Assembly: GCA_050084515.1 (NCBI GenBank)
Contig: CM114271.1
Coordinates: forward strand, 24,552,001-24,616,000
DNA from: Blasia pusilla
Lineage: Eukaryota
Length of the DNA stretch: 64,000 nucleotides
Direction: 5' to 3'
The number at the start of each line of letters is the position of its first letter. Position 1 is the stretch's first letter. The notes under the pieces were generated by a model, which made no database searches, was not told where the DNA came from, and worked only from the letters and a program-made list of their open reading frames with translations. This document shows, piece after piece, positions 1 to 12,806 of the stretch. A program made the translations under genes and the position numbers.

Positions 1-2039
1 TGGGGCGTATAACTCTCCACCGAAGCCGAGAGCTCCGGTTCCAGAGCCACCCTTGGTAGTGACTCCATCATCACTTCCAACGATTCCCAAAATCGGGAGG
101 GCAAGGCCGAAAGTGATTTTGCAAGAGCTCTCGGACGATGACGAGTGAGTTCAAAGAACTCAACGACCAGCTTGATTTGCGGCGTTTGGAGTAGGGACTT
201 TTTGATAATTTGGCGAGAAGATTTCATAGAATAGATCAAATGTCTGATTCCAAGCTTTTTCGGATGATATAAAGCAGAAGATTTATTCGATCGATGGTGG
301 TGCTTGTAAATGTTTGGTGATCATTTTGTCTTTCGAATGTGATCGTCTATGTACTCCACGGTCTTCTACTTTGCAACCCGTCGGATTTCTCCCGCTTGCA
401 ATTTTCACTTTATGACCATCGCAACCCGTCGGATTTCTCCTCCTTGCAACTTTTTGCTTTTTGACCATGGACCCTTTTACCACCTCCAGGCAGCTTTGTC
501 TGATTCGACAGTTGCCTGATCGGACCCTTTCGGATCGGCGATGGCGGGCTTCTTCCCTTGGCACATTCCCTCAACTCGTAAAGGAAGGCGAGGCTTCTTT
601 TCTTCTCGACGTGTTGGATTCCTTCTACCTGTGCGGTTGCCATAGTGGTATTACCGGGGGCGGAGCAGATATTGATCTTGGATGGGTGTCACATTGCAGA
701 GCGTACAAGGTATCTTGCCGAGGAAGGCGGTGGGACTCGAGACAGTTACATGGGACCGTTATGGTGTACCTAGGGGGGCCAAGGCTCTCGGTCGCCAACA
801 TTTTCGATCCCCGTCTACAACCGGCCGGGAGGAGCCACTTGAATCCCGGGACATTCCTTTGGTACATGCCATCGAGGAGAGTTAGGAGTAAATTTGTAGA
901 TGACGAGGTGAAGAAATCATAGACTAGGTTCAATGTACATTTCGAGGTTCCTTCGGAGGTAATAAAGGGCGAGATTTTTGAACCCATAAAGGTGTTGGTA
1001 AAAGTTTTCGGAATATGTTTTTGGACTTGTGGAGGTGGTGCAAGAGAAAGGCCCAAAGGCGAGTGTCCAAGAACAAGTCAAGAAGATTGTACAAGGTGAT
1101 AATGCAGCCAAGTCACTCCATTGACCTCAAGCCTAGAGGAGACAAGGGAGATGGTGTAGGCACTAGGGAGTCTCAGGGTATCCAATGAAGGAGATAGAGT
1201 GCTTGATTGTTTGTTGTAGAGGAGGGTTTGAACCAAGGGGTGGATCTGATTGTTAGGGCCAAGAAATGAAGAATAAGGGGCTAAGAAGAGGTCAATGGAG
1301 GCTGAGCTCAAATGCTTGGACTCTTGTGGGCTAGAAGATTCCTCATGGAAGCCTAGAGGACCTCATTTGAAGGCCATAAAGCTTGAGAATCCAAGGGAGA
1401 GATCTATGGAGTTGAGAGGATCCAAGGAGTGATTTGTGGAAGATTTGTGCGAGGTGGAGCTAAGTGGAGGTGTGAGCGAGGGCGGGGCTCGAACCAGATT
1501 GAGAAGAAGCAAGCATGGGAAGAATATAGAGGTAGATCTCACCTTCAAGCATGTCCAAGAGACAGTCGAGCCTATGCCATCAATGTTGCTCAAGAGGCTT
1601 TAGTTAGGGCAGGTTTAGAAGTAGATGAGGTAGAAATTTCAGGCAGTAGATGCCTTGGAGTAGATGCTTAGGGTTGGCATCCGGGTGGTCCTCCAACAAA
1701 AATACCAAGGGCACCTTTGCTTTTTTGTTGACCGAGATGGGGAGATGTTAAGAAACTTAGGCTCACATGGAGAGTGATGGAAAAATGTTTGTAGTGGTCT
1801 TATGATGTCTACTTTTTTTTCGCCCCAAGGAAAAAGGAGGTTTTTTTAGGGCCAAATGTGGACCACTACCTACTCTCTTCTAAAGATTTCATGGATTTGA
1901 AAGCAAACAAAAATTTCAAATATGTCATAAAGTTTTGAAGAGAGGAGGCGGATTTGGCCCTTTTTTTTGAAGAGAGACTCTCCTCTCTTCCTCTCTTAAA
2001 TCTCTCTCTTACTCTCTCCTGCGAATACGGCCCGGGGCA

Positions 2040-3684
2040 GTGCGGCGTTGCAGGCGGCACAAAACGGCTACAAACAGCACGGCCCTCGATGGTGGGATGC
2101 GACACTCCACGGCATACTCTCCTCAATAAGAAATAAACCCACACTCTGCTCCACAATGACGGTGCAACTCCACGATCGAGACGGTGCCGTGCCGTGCGGC
2201 CACGAACGGCATGGCGCGGCAATCGGCGGCGCGTTACAGCTACAGGCGTCACGGCACTGTGGTCGATCGTCATCGATCGGCTACCAATCACAACATAGCA
2301 CCATGAAATAAAAACTCAAACACCATAATTGGACGTCATCTACCATCACTGGTTGATGACGAAACTGCAATGACGCTGGCGGCCAAACCAAAGTACGTTG
2401 TGGCGGCGCAAGTCAAAGAATCAAAGATCCTCCACTCCGTAATGGCGGCAATGGAAACCAAAGGGTGGACAACATCCGAATGCAGCTCTAAGCAACACTC
2501 GGCAACGGCAACGGCCGACGGTGGCCGGTGAACCCTGGACCGTTGACGGTGACAGTTGACCGTTGATGGTGATGACGAACCGTTGATGTTGACGGTGACG
2601 ATTGACCGTTGATGGTGATGTTTGACTGTGGACCGTGATGGTAGACCGTCGACGGTGATGGTGACTATGAAGGTAACGGCCGCCGCCGGTGTGGCGGCTG
2701 GTTTAGGGTTTGAACAATTTAACCCTAAAAATCACCTAGCAATGGCAGTTTTGCAAGATTGACCATAACTTTTTACTCGCAACTCCAAATTGCGCACCGT
2801 TTGTTGCACAACGTGCACAGCTTCACAGACTACAACAATGTAAAAAGTATTTGGAATTGGAAAATCCAGTAAAAATTGACGGGGACTGTTGTAAAGACCA
2901 ATGTCTCTTTCTCCTACACAAAATTCGGCAGCGACTCCGTGCTGATTTTTCCCAACCAAAATGTGAAACATGTTAAAATTACAAATCAGAAAACTACATG
3001 GTGCTCCCAAGAGCACCGGCATGGGGCAACCTGTCCCCATGATCCATCCCTATAAGAAATTGGGCAGCGCTTCCACGCGCCACTCTTTCACACGAAAAAT
3101 CGGCAAATACGAAGAACAATCAAAGCAGCCCTTGCTCCAGTGAGCAGTCCCATGAGCCGTTGAATGGGGAACACCATCCCCAACCTAAAAGAACATCGAG
3201 TGACCAATGAGCTCCCCCATGAAGCTCTCTCACTCTCTCATTCTCTCTTTGTAAAGTAAGATCCAATCTCTCTCTATACCATCTCACACCATAGCTCTCA
3301 AAGGTGTGCACTCTCTCTCATGTCAAACCAAACCCACTCTCCTAATGAGAGTCTTGGATTACACTCACAAGGCAAGGGACCTCCCCTCACCCAAGGTCTC
3401 ACCATGGTAACCTATTCTCCCAAGTACCTCCTTGGCTCTTGACTTGATGTAGGAGGTCAAAGACTTATTACCAAAAATAGAATATGATCATATACTCAAA
3501 ATGGTACTTACCTAAAATAGTAAGTTCCTCAATATGACTAAAAATGAGCCGAAACGAAGGGGAAACCTGCTCTCTGAGGTCTCTCGGGGCCTCTACAGGT
3601 CATGCTCAACCTATTGAGTATGTTCTCCACTACTCACAAAGGCGCTCTACTAGATCTCAACAATCTGTCCTAAAAGACGTGACA
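2040..3684 (-). mobile_element. 5' part of a Gypsy-family copy (terminal repeat A1 plus 5' leader), inserted in the leader of the plus-strand copy
   Basis: The reverse complement starts TGTCACGTCTTTTAGG at 3684 and matches 13117-13632. The reverse complement of ~2050-2560 aligns with 5035-5520, the leader upstream of gag in the plus copy. Confidence 0.8.
3252..3684 (-). repeat. Terminal repeat unit A1 (no B unit on either side)
   Basis: Homologous to 13117-13632, 56453-56967 and 59256-59774. Similarity stops after GGATCTTACTTTA, where the other copies continue into unit B. Confidence 0.85.
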
Positions 3685-3752
3685 ACCGTGACCACGGCAA
3701 CTGTCGCTCTCATAGTCACTGCCAACAATCCACCGTCAAAGTTACGCAATCG

Positions 3753-5030
3753 ATGGTATCATGTTGAGAGCCTTTCTTCGAGTAAGGGCGGGCCTTCTAG
3801 CTGTGGTATACGTGGTCGATGCAAGGTGAAGTCTCTAAGAAGTTCTCCTTTTTCAATACAAAATTATTATGTATACTCTCCATTCTCTCACGAAAGATAT
3901 CACAAATGGAAGTTTCGAAGGGATCACTTCTTCGTAATATCGGACCCCGGAATTCCTAACTATAAAATCCCTATAAACTACTTTATCCTTGTACAAAAGA
4001 AAGATAACACAACTAGTGTTAAACCCTACTTGAGCAGGCCTATTGACATCCATGGATCGCTATATGAGGACATACAAAGTACAATCCCATGTCCTTCAAT
4101 ATGTGATGATAGGAGAATCACCGGAGTTCGAGATTGCATGACTTGATTCATGAACGCCTCCCCAAAGTGATAAACTAAATAGCGAGTGAACGAGTTCTTG
4201 TCTACAAAGAGTACCTTGACATGGTAAGGATTGAGGAAAGGAAAGTCGGGCACAACTCATGCTCCACCCCTATCCATGCTTGACAGACATTCTCTACTCT
4301 CTTCAAGAATGGGCTTTGGCGGAATTATTCTCCCAAGAAGGATAATGCACTCTCATTAGAAAAATAACAAGCCAAAAGATTCACTATTTTAGTATGGCTA
4401 AACTCATCTAAGATGACAAGCCTCTCATCTCCACACACACACACCACACTCTAGAAACCTCTCGAAGAATAGAGCATGGTCAAGTTATTTTCCCAAGAAG
4501 GGTGATCCACTCTCATTGGAAGAGCAAGCAATCTCAAAACCATACACTCAAGAGTGACACGAGAGACTCAAAATGTGAAATAGAAGGTGATGAACCTTTG
4601 AAGGTACCTCCTCTTTATATACTCACAAAGGATCCACAAGAGTACGAAATAAGGCTAATATTATCTTGTGCCACATGGCTTCCTCTCAAGGCTTAGCCAA
4701 TCATATTTTGACACAAGTAGATTATCTTTTATCTCTTCCAAAATATCCTCGTTTATCCACTTGATATTTTCCAAATTACCCCAACTACCCTAGCGACCAA
4801 CCAAGACTACTTTTGCTTTTTATTAAAGTACCAATCTCACTACTTTACGTTTATAAAGTGATCTTTTATTTATTACCTTTTTTCTTAAAGTTGGGCCCGC
4901 ATAAAAGAGGCACCATAAAGAAGTTTAAACATGGGAATTTCCTTTTCCTAAGCTAATTTACTTAATACAAATAAAATTCTAGGTAACACTTGATGAGGAA
5001 GGAGTTTCCACACTGGCTGATTTTACTATA
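3753..5030. mobile_element. Probable LTR-like insertion of another family interrupting the Gypsy leader
   Basis: Leader homology stops near 3752 and resumes near 5035. The insert is non-coding with a reverse TATA-like CTCTTTATATA near 4611. No TSD found. Confidence 0.35.
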
Positions 5031-6209
5031 CGACAATGGTCAACCGTCACCGTCAACGGTCAACCGTCCACTGTCGGCCGCTGCCGCTACCTAGCGCTGC
5101 TCAAAGCTGCGTTCGGCCGTTGTTCATCCTTGGATTTCATTGCCGCCATTACGGAGTGGAGGATCTTCCACGACGACCGATGTTTCTCTAACTTGTGCCG
5201 CCACCACATACTTTGTTTTGGCCGCCACTGTCATTGTAGTTTCATCATCAACTAGTGATGGTAGATAACATCATGTTATGCTATTTGATTTTTTCATTGC
5301 ATGCTGCTATGTTGTGATTGATAGCCGCTCGACAATGATCGAGTACGGTGACGTGACGCCCATAGCCGCAACGCGTCGCCGATTGTTGCGTCGTGCCGCT
5401 CGTGGCCGCATCGCATTGTGTCGGTCGCAAAGCCACTCCTTCACTAAAGAGCAGAGTGGGTGAATTGTTGATTGAGGAGGGTATGTCGCCGAGTGCCGTT
5501 CCGTGCCGCCAGTGCCGTACCTCACCGCTGGACCTGCACAACACATCGAGGAGGTTTGAGTAGCGTCAGTACGAGAGGAGTATGACTTCTTGATTAGGGA
5601 AGTTGTCTTCACAATCGAGTTGGGATCAAGATTTGCTGTTTCCAAGGAGCGACATCGATATTCTTGTCAGGTTACCCATTCTGGTCTCTTACCCTACACG
5701 TTTGAGGGATTTTCCAAGTATTGGGAAGTTATTTGGGATATTGGGTTTTGTGCTCATGTTGAGAGCATCGATGATGTATGGGTTTAGGAGATATAGACCT
5801 ATGTGGGATGTCCAGAGTTGAGGATGGTTTGTCGATGAGATGATAGATCAATTGATTTGTTGCACCACAATGCTTGTTGCCGCACAACACAACTCTCAAT
5901 GAGAGAGTGTAGATTGAGTGCCGCATGTTTAGTTTGAGTGATTGAGGGATTACTCGCAAGATTGAGAGTAATCGTGTGAGAGGGGCACTAGGGCCATCAC
6001 GGCATCCTTTCAGGATTTTTAGAGGTGAGGTAGTGGACTAGAGAGTAGCTCTCGAGGGTTTACCCGGAGTGGTGTGAGGTTTCAAGGGTCTCCACGTGAG
6101 AGACCATCTCAATCTCCTTCTGTGTTATCTTCAAACAAGGGGGAGTGTTTAGAGGAGTGTGTTAGTGATCCACCTTACACATTGAGTGGTCCTACCAGTT
6201 GGGCGTATG

Positions 6210-7110
6210 AGATGGACAACCGGGGTAGAGGACCACGTAGGTTTTCGGGTGTTGTAGGCACTATAGAGCTACACGACTTCGTTGCCGAGTTTAGGAGTTG
6301 GTGTGACTCACAACGGGCTAGGAACTCAAGAGAGTTCAACCCGTTTACAGCATGGAATGATATGTTCCAGCATTTAGAGGGGCGCCCATGGACGATTACC
6401 ATGAGTTCTTTCAGAGATATGCCTAGGAGATTAAAGCATGGCGACTTTACTATGACCCACACTATGTGTCATGGACGGAGCCGTTCCCAAATGAGGAGGA
6501 GGAGTCAGGAGAGGCTACTTCCTCTTCCACTAGTGATGTTTTATGAGGGGTCAACATCACTCAGGGAATGATAGAGACTCAGGCTATCCAATCATGGTAC
6601 GCGATGCTGGACCGGACCCTACGGACACGGGTGCGGGAGGGAGTGCTTCTTATGAACACCTCCCGTACGTTGAGAGATGTTTGTAGGACCAGCGAGAACA
6701 TTGAGCGCAATATGGAGGAGGAGAGCATAGCCACCATGGATTCTCGACGAGAGGAGTCACAATTGCCTGCACCTCTAGTGCAGCAATGTGGACTCCGAGA
6801 TAGGTCGACAGTGGCACCACGAGCTTAGGGAGGATACTGGGAGGCCGTGCGACAGAGACTTGCGCCTTCATATGTGGTTCACCAGATTCCGCCCACGATT
6901 ACTTGTTGCTCATGTGGTGGAGCCCATCATCACCGTGATTGCACTCATCAAGGTCATGGACGTGTGCCTTAGCATGGAGGAGGAGACGGTGTTGCATCAA
7001 GAGGTTATCAGTGTGACTATTTTCAGAGGTATGGTCATACATGCGCCAAGTGTTTCAGTTTACACCTTGAGTTACGTTTGGACCGAGGGCCAGAGAGGGC
7101 AGGAGAGCGA
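6210..7110 (+). pseudogene. gag-like region with degenerate zinc knuckles
   Basis: FSGVVGTIELHDFVAEFRSWCD gag-like stretch; CCSCGGAHHHRDC near 6904 and CDYFQRYGHTCAKC near 7012; frameshifted. Confidence 0.65.
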
Positions 7111-7977
7111 GTAGCCGGTCTGAGTGGGCTTAGAGATCGTGCACCAGGTGGTCTTGTTGGGGGACGAGAAGCTGGAGTTTCCCGACAGGGTGGTGGAGCT
7201 GCCGGTGGAGGAGGTAGACTCCGAGCGTGAGGCTGGGATGGTTTCTCAGATACAACAGCTACACGAGCAAATTGCCGTTATAACATTGAGGCTACCTGTT
7301 GTCGGATCCGGGGCATCAACATCATATGGAGCAGCCAGAGATATGGAGGATCCTGGTTGGATATGCAGGGTTGCCCAGATGGAGGCCGGCGTAGTTATGA
7401 TGCGTGGACACTCGCAGAGTTGGATCCACAATGAGGGGAAGCTACGAAACATACCAGACTTCCTTTGTCTTTCACATTGTCTGAGGCGACGAGGATCCCA
7501 TCGATGGGTCCCTTGGAGAGTTGGTGATGTTATTGGTGTGCAGGCACGCAGGGCAATGGGAGAAAGGAGTGCGATGACTCCTATTGTTGATGGTCAGGAG
7601 GAGCATGTATTGAGTACGATGTTGAGGGCGGCCACGATGGTATACCGTGCTCTGCTATTTTCTGCTTCGGATGTTATGACATGGGGAGATACACCCGTCG
7701 AGTTGTTCCGGCAGGCCGCTATGCTATGTTAGCATGGAGTTGGAGTTCTTGCATCACGTTCATAGGAGATTGCAGAGGAGGTGATGGACCTGCCCTTGGA
7801 GCGGATGCTCAGGCCGTCCACGTTAGATTCATGGCAGGCTACAATTGCTAGGATGGCGGACATGCCCGCTAGACCCGCGATAGAGCATGCCATGGCCTCT
7901 CCTGGTGTTGTGTTGCTAGATAACCAGGGAGATGTCTTCCACTTGGTGAGTCCGGAGGTAGATCTCTCAGTCCGCAA

Positions 7978-8300
7978 CGCGTCTTGCTGGATTCAGGAGC
8001 GCAACCCCTTATGTTGGGAAAAGCGTCATTCAGAGGATTGGGCTTGTCGAGAGCCAATGTGGAGCGTTGTCCATTCCGGATATAGAGATCCTTGGATGGA
8101 GTGAGTACCACACAGTATATCACCCGACAGGAGGTCCTGGTGAGGATTTTCCCAGGACAACCTACAGATGAGTCTGTGGTGCGAGCCAAGGCAATAGTGA
8201 TTGATGGAGATTCCTACGACATCTTGGTTGGTGGAGCAGTGTTATACCCGATGGGATTTTTCCTAGATTACTGGGAGGAGTCAACGCCCTACAAACCCGG
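7978..8300 (+). pseudogene. Retrotransposon aspartic protease
   Basis: RVLLDSGAQPLMLG (catalytic D at 7990) and downstream YDILVGG motif near 8215. Confidence 0.8.
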
Positions 8301-8703
8301 ATGGCAGTCAGGTGATGGGCGCCTTACCTCATTACCCATTCGATTCATCGATGCAGTGATCGAGCAACACCCAAGAGAGATGGCGACCTTAGCAACATTT
8401 AGTAGTGCCATCACTTGGCCAAGTGATTTGATTGAGGGACATGTCCATGCAGAGGATACTCTTGTTCTTGAAATTTCTATGGAGAGGAGTGTCATGATAG
8501 CCACATCAGTCCGTGGAGGAGAGGTGCCATTTTGGGGCTCGATTGAGGAGCTTTGACGCTTAGCCAGTGAGCATGCCCATACGACGTGGAGCAAGATGTT
8601 TGCACCAGAGTGTGAAGGTTCAGAGGAACCCGTGGTAGCCAGGATTGCTGCTATGATCCCTTTGGACACCACCCCGATTGTGTGGTGCATCCCATAGGAG
8701 TGT

Positions 8704-9630
8704 ATTCGGGTGTTGGATCTTTTGAAGGGATCAGCACTGGGTTAGTTGCTATTTTGCAGGCAAGAGTACGCGTGCAACCGTACATATATGTGGAGATTGA
8801 TGATGTTGCAAGGCGTGCTTCACTTCACCATGTGGCGCAGTTACACCTCCGTTTTCCTGACTTGTTGTCTGCGTCCGCTATCCACGGATACCAGAGTTCC
8901 CTACCGAGGGATATTTCATTGTTGGGGGTGCAAGACTTGGAGCGGGTAGGGACCATAGATTTGGTCATTGCTGGTTGGCCGTGTTTGGGCCAATCAAGTG
9001 GAGGTTAGATGACACTCAGTTTAGGTTGTTTTGGGAGATGATGCGGATTTTGCGATACTTGCAGGAGCATGAGTCTCGTCCTCCAGCATACATTCTGGAG
9101 AATGTGCCAATTTTGGGCGATTTGAGGTCCCGCGTTATGACGAGTGCACATCAAGTGCACGCATGAATCGGCCCGGCAGTGTTTTTGGATGCGGCGAGTG
9201 TAGGTTCTAGAGCACACTGCGCGCATCTTTGGTGGACCAACTTGGTGCCACATGAGGTTTTGCGGAGGGCGTATACGAGAGTGGAGCGCCCCTCCGATTT
9301 GTTGGTGGTTTCTATATTGGATCCGGGATGTCGATCACAGCCAGTGAGGAACGATGATCGACTGTCGTTGACTATGGTCAACATGATTGGCATGCCACGG
9401 GCAGTCTTTCCCATATTGGTGAGTTTTCCCGCTTCCTATGCATTCAAGGAGGTTGGACCTGGCTTGGTTTGGGATGACCAAATATAGAGGTTGGTGGAAC
9501 CCAACGCCGACGAGCGAGAGCGAGCGATGGGATTCCCCACAGGAGTGACAGAAGTACCGTCACTATCAGAGGCATCACAACATCATGTCTTGGGTCAGGC
9601 GATGGACCTGAACTGCTTGACATGGATTTT
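8704..9630 (+). pseudogene. DNMT3-like C5 cytosine DNA methyltransferase domain inside pol
   Basis: Motif I IRVLDL/FEGISTGL (1-nt frameshift), II YIYVEID, IV DLVIAGWPC, RLFWE, VI YILENV, VIII FLDAASVGSRAHCAHLWWTNL, IX ERERAMGFP, X VLGQAMDL, in unpermuted I-X order. Confidence 0.92.
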
Positions 9631-9999
9631 CATCTTAGAAGTAGTTGAGCAACGTCGTTTGAGGATGCAACAGATCACAGCAGTTGCGTTGGTGAGCCCC
9701 ATGCCTACTGAGAAGGTTGAGGCAATGGCAGGGGGCAAGACCCAAGGAGATCGATAGACCAAGGGTGATCGGAAGAGACTCCCTTGGACTTCTTTGGATG
9801 TCTTGGAGGTACGCTAAGAGATGGTAGCCACAGCATCGAGCGTGGTTCCGGGTATTGCAAATGGAGATCCGATTTTGCAGTTGGCTATAGCGGAGCAATC
9901 AACTTTTCTTTCCCGAGACGGGGTTTCACCATAGCAACCACCAACACTCGAGCCAGAGAGTCCTACCATTGTCACGATGGAGACTTGGGAGTCAGATAT

Positions 10000-10800
10000 G
10001 GGCCCTAAGTTGACAAAAGGAGAGCGGCGCTGGATACACCAGTTCCTTAGGAGTTATAGGAGTTGTTTTGCATTTAGTATGCATGATTTGGGTACGCTGA
10101 AGGGTCCACGGATCCGCATTGATTTGTCGAGTGATACATCGATCTTCTGACGATCCTACAGGTACAGTGACATAGAGAGGGCTCTGATTTAGAGTAGGAG
10201 CCAGGACTTGGTTGGAGCAGTACTAGTGGAGATGTCGCATGGAGAGTATGAATCTACCACTTTCATGCATGCCAAGAAGGATGTGCATGGCAACTGGACG
10301 GATAGGCGGATCTGTGGAGATTACCGACCTATCAATCGGCAGATGAAGTCGGATAGGTATGCCATGCCCACTCCTGAGGAGATCTTCAATGCTATTCGAC
10401 ATGCAAAGATCTTCAATTCGTTAGATCTTTGAGCCGGATACCATCAACTGCCTATCAGATTGGAGGACAGGCAGAAGATGGCATTTTGGGGCATCGATCC
10501 TCACGCAAAGGATTGCTTGTACCAGTGGCGGTTCTTACCATTTCGGTTAAAGAACGCCTCGGATGAGTTTTAGAGGGTCATGGATAAAATCTTGGCAGGT
10601 GTGGATTTTGCTAGGTATTAAATTGATGACATCGTAGTCATAAGCGTCATGGTTGAGAAGCATGAGCGACATCTAGAGGAGGTGTCTCAACGATTGTAAT
10701 TACATGGGTTGAAGCTACATCCAGGCAAGTGCAAGTTCTTCTATGACCAGATTGAGTACTTTGGTCATACAATATACCCATGTGGCCTTGGTGTGCAACA
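10000..10800 (+). pseudogene. Gypsy reverse transcriptase
   Basis: KKDVHG...RICGDYRPIN...DRYAMP, LDL*AGYHQ, LPFRLKNA, *IDD (YIDD site, ~10619-10630), LKLHPGKC. Confidence 0.93.
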
Positions 10801-11450
10801 GACAAAGATAGAAGCTATTTCACGCATTCCACGCCCTACAGATGTGAGTTGAGTCAGTGCATTCATGGGATTGGCAAACTTCTATCGACGGTACGTCAAG
10901 GATTTCAGCTTGATTACAAAGTCGCTCACCTTGCTGACCAAGGTGGATTAGGAGTGGCACTGGAGGAATGAGCACGAGAGAACATTTCAACCGCTCAAGG
11001 ACAGATTGACGTCCGCGCCCATATTGAGGAGACCAATCAGGGGGCGTCCTTTCCAATTGCATACCGATTGGAGCATGTTGGGGCTTGGAGCTGTGCTCAC
11101 CCATCATGACGATGATGGTAGAGAGTTTGTGGTGGCTTACGCTAGCTAGTCGCTCGAACAACGCAGCAAAGGCGAAGTATATCTTGTATGAGGGTGGATG
11201 CTTGGTTGTAGTTTGGGTTGTTGCACATTTCAGATGTTATCTATTAGGCAATCCCTTTACCATCATTACTGATCATCAGCCACTTAAGTGGTTGATGGAG
11301 TCCGACAAGCTTACACGGAAACCTTCAAGGTGGGATCTTTTGTTGCAGGAGTATGACTTCCATGTGGTGCATAGACCTAGGATGCTCAAACAGGATGCAT
11401 ATGGTTTGAGCTGTAACCCATGCCCAAGTCAGCGAGATGCGACTGGAGCT
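10800..11450 (+). pseudogene. Gypsy RT connection and RNase H
   Basis: FMGLANFYRRYVKDFS, FQLHTDWSMLGLGAVL, YEGGCLVVVW, FTIITDHQPLKWL, RWDLLLQEYDF. Confidence 0.9.
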
Positions 11451-11809
11451 TGTAGGCATGGTGAGAGTGATGAGGAGTTTTTGCCAGGATGGCATGCGTC
11501 AGCCTATTTGGGCTTGTTGGCTATGCAGAGCCAGATTGTTGAGACTTTGATGGCGAGGTGTGATGGAGAGTCCTTAGATCCAGAGGTTGGTGAGGAGATG
11601 ACAAGTGGCTGAGACATTCACGACAATGGCATGGTCTTGGAGTACCTGCGTACTGGCAGCGTCACGAGCACATTGGGTACTAGAGAGCGGGATCCCATCC
11701 TACAGCGAGCCAGACGGTTCCGGTGGGAGGGGACATATTTTTTGCGAGTTTGGGAGGATGGTAGAGTGTGCGTGGTGCCTCATCCTTCATAGAGAGCATG
11801 TTTGGTGCG

Positions 11810-12535
11810 TCATACCCATGAGGAGTTGGGTCATTTTGGAGTAAAGCGGACGTACAACTTGCTCCAGATATAGTATTGGTGGCAAGACATGCAGACTGAC
11901 GTTCATCAGTTTGTTGCCAGGTGTATGTGTGATCGAGTCCGAGCATCGTTCATTGCTGCGACTCCACAGTGCATCCACTTCCGATCATGGGTTTAGGTTA
12001 TAGATGGAGTTTGGATTTTGCAGGACCTTTGCCTTTGACAAAGCGCCATAGTTGTTATGTGTTGGTGATGGTCAAGGACTTCTCAAAGTGGACAGAGTTG
12101 GTTGCATTTCCTGACAAAACAAGTGAGGAAGTAGCGTATGCCTTCCTAGATCGAGTGTTGAGTCATTACAACACACCATTTGAGGTGTTGACAGACCAAG
12201 GTACATAGTTTCGCGGGGAGTTTCAAGCCTTGTGTGATCAAGCGTTGATCGACCACCACACTACTTTGCGAGATCATCTTGAGGCGGATGGACTAGCGGA
12301 GCAAGTTGTGCAGACGGTGAAGAGAGGATTACGCAAGTATGGCTTGCAGAGAGATATACCTAGGAGATTGGGACTTCCAATTTCCGTGGTTGGCGATGGG
12401 ATACAGATTCATCACGCACGCATCCTTAGCATCTTTCTCATCGTACTTGCTTTTGTATGGCCGAGAGCCAGATTTACCTACAGCCATTCGTCGAGATGTT
12501 GGTGAGGTGTTGAACCTTGATGACCCTGATGTATG
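11810..12535 (+). pseudogene. DDE (rve) integrase with N-terminal HHCC motif
   Basis: HEELGHFG...C.C; WSLDFAGP; LTDQGT*F; DGLAEQVVQTVKRGL. Confidence 0.92.
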
Positions 12536-12659
12536 GTGTTATCTTATTGGAGGGACGCGATGGTATGGTTCGGAAGGACCATTGCGTAATTGTGCACCGT
12601 GTCACCTTCCGAACATTGACGGTACAATTGATCCAAGCTTAGCAGTAGTTTCTGCAGGC

Positions 12660-12806
12660 TTGCGATGTATGTTGTGTGGTTGTGCCCGTGGTGCACCCAC
12701 AATGCTAGTATGTGATGGATGTTCGAGAGGATGGCATATGGCATGTTTGACGCCATCTCTCACTAGGGTTCTTGATGGACAATGGATGCGTCCCAGATGT
12801 ACATAG
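12660..12806 (+). pseudogene. PHD finger at the integrase C-terminus
   Basis: CMLCGCARGAPTMLVCDGCSRGWHMACLTPSLTRVLDGQWMRPRC (C4HC3 with one Cys lost), then the stop codon. Confidence 0.88.

Noticed and set aside
1-2040. ORFs 461-922, 625-1056 and neighbours as genes
   Set aside because: No recognisable motifs; probably TE-internal sequence that I cannot assign.
3753-3770. TGGTATCA as a tRNA-iMet primer binding site
   Set aside because: Only 8 nt match before diverging from TGGTATCAGAGC, and it does not follow an LTR 3' end in the right orientation.
8704-9630. Host DRM or standalone DNMT3 gene
   Set aside because: Motifs are not permuted as in DRM; there are no introns or host N-terminal domains; it is collinear with pol and decayed like the flanking domains.
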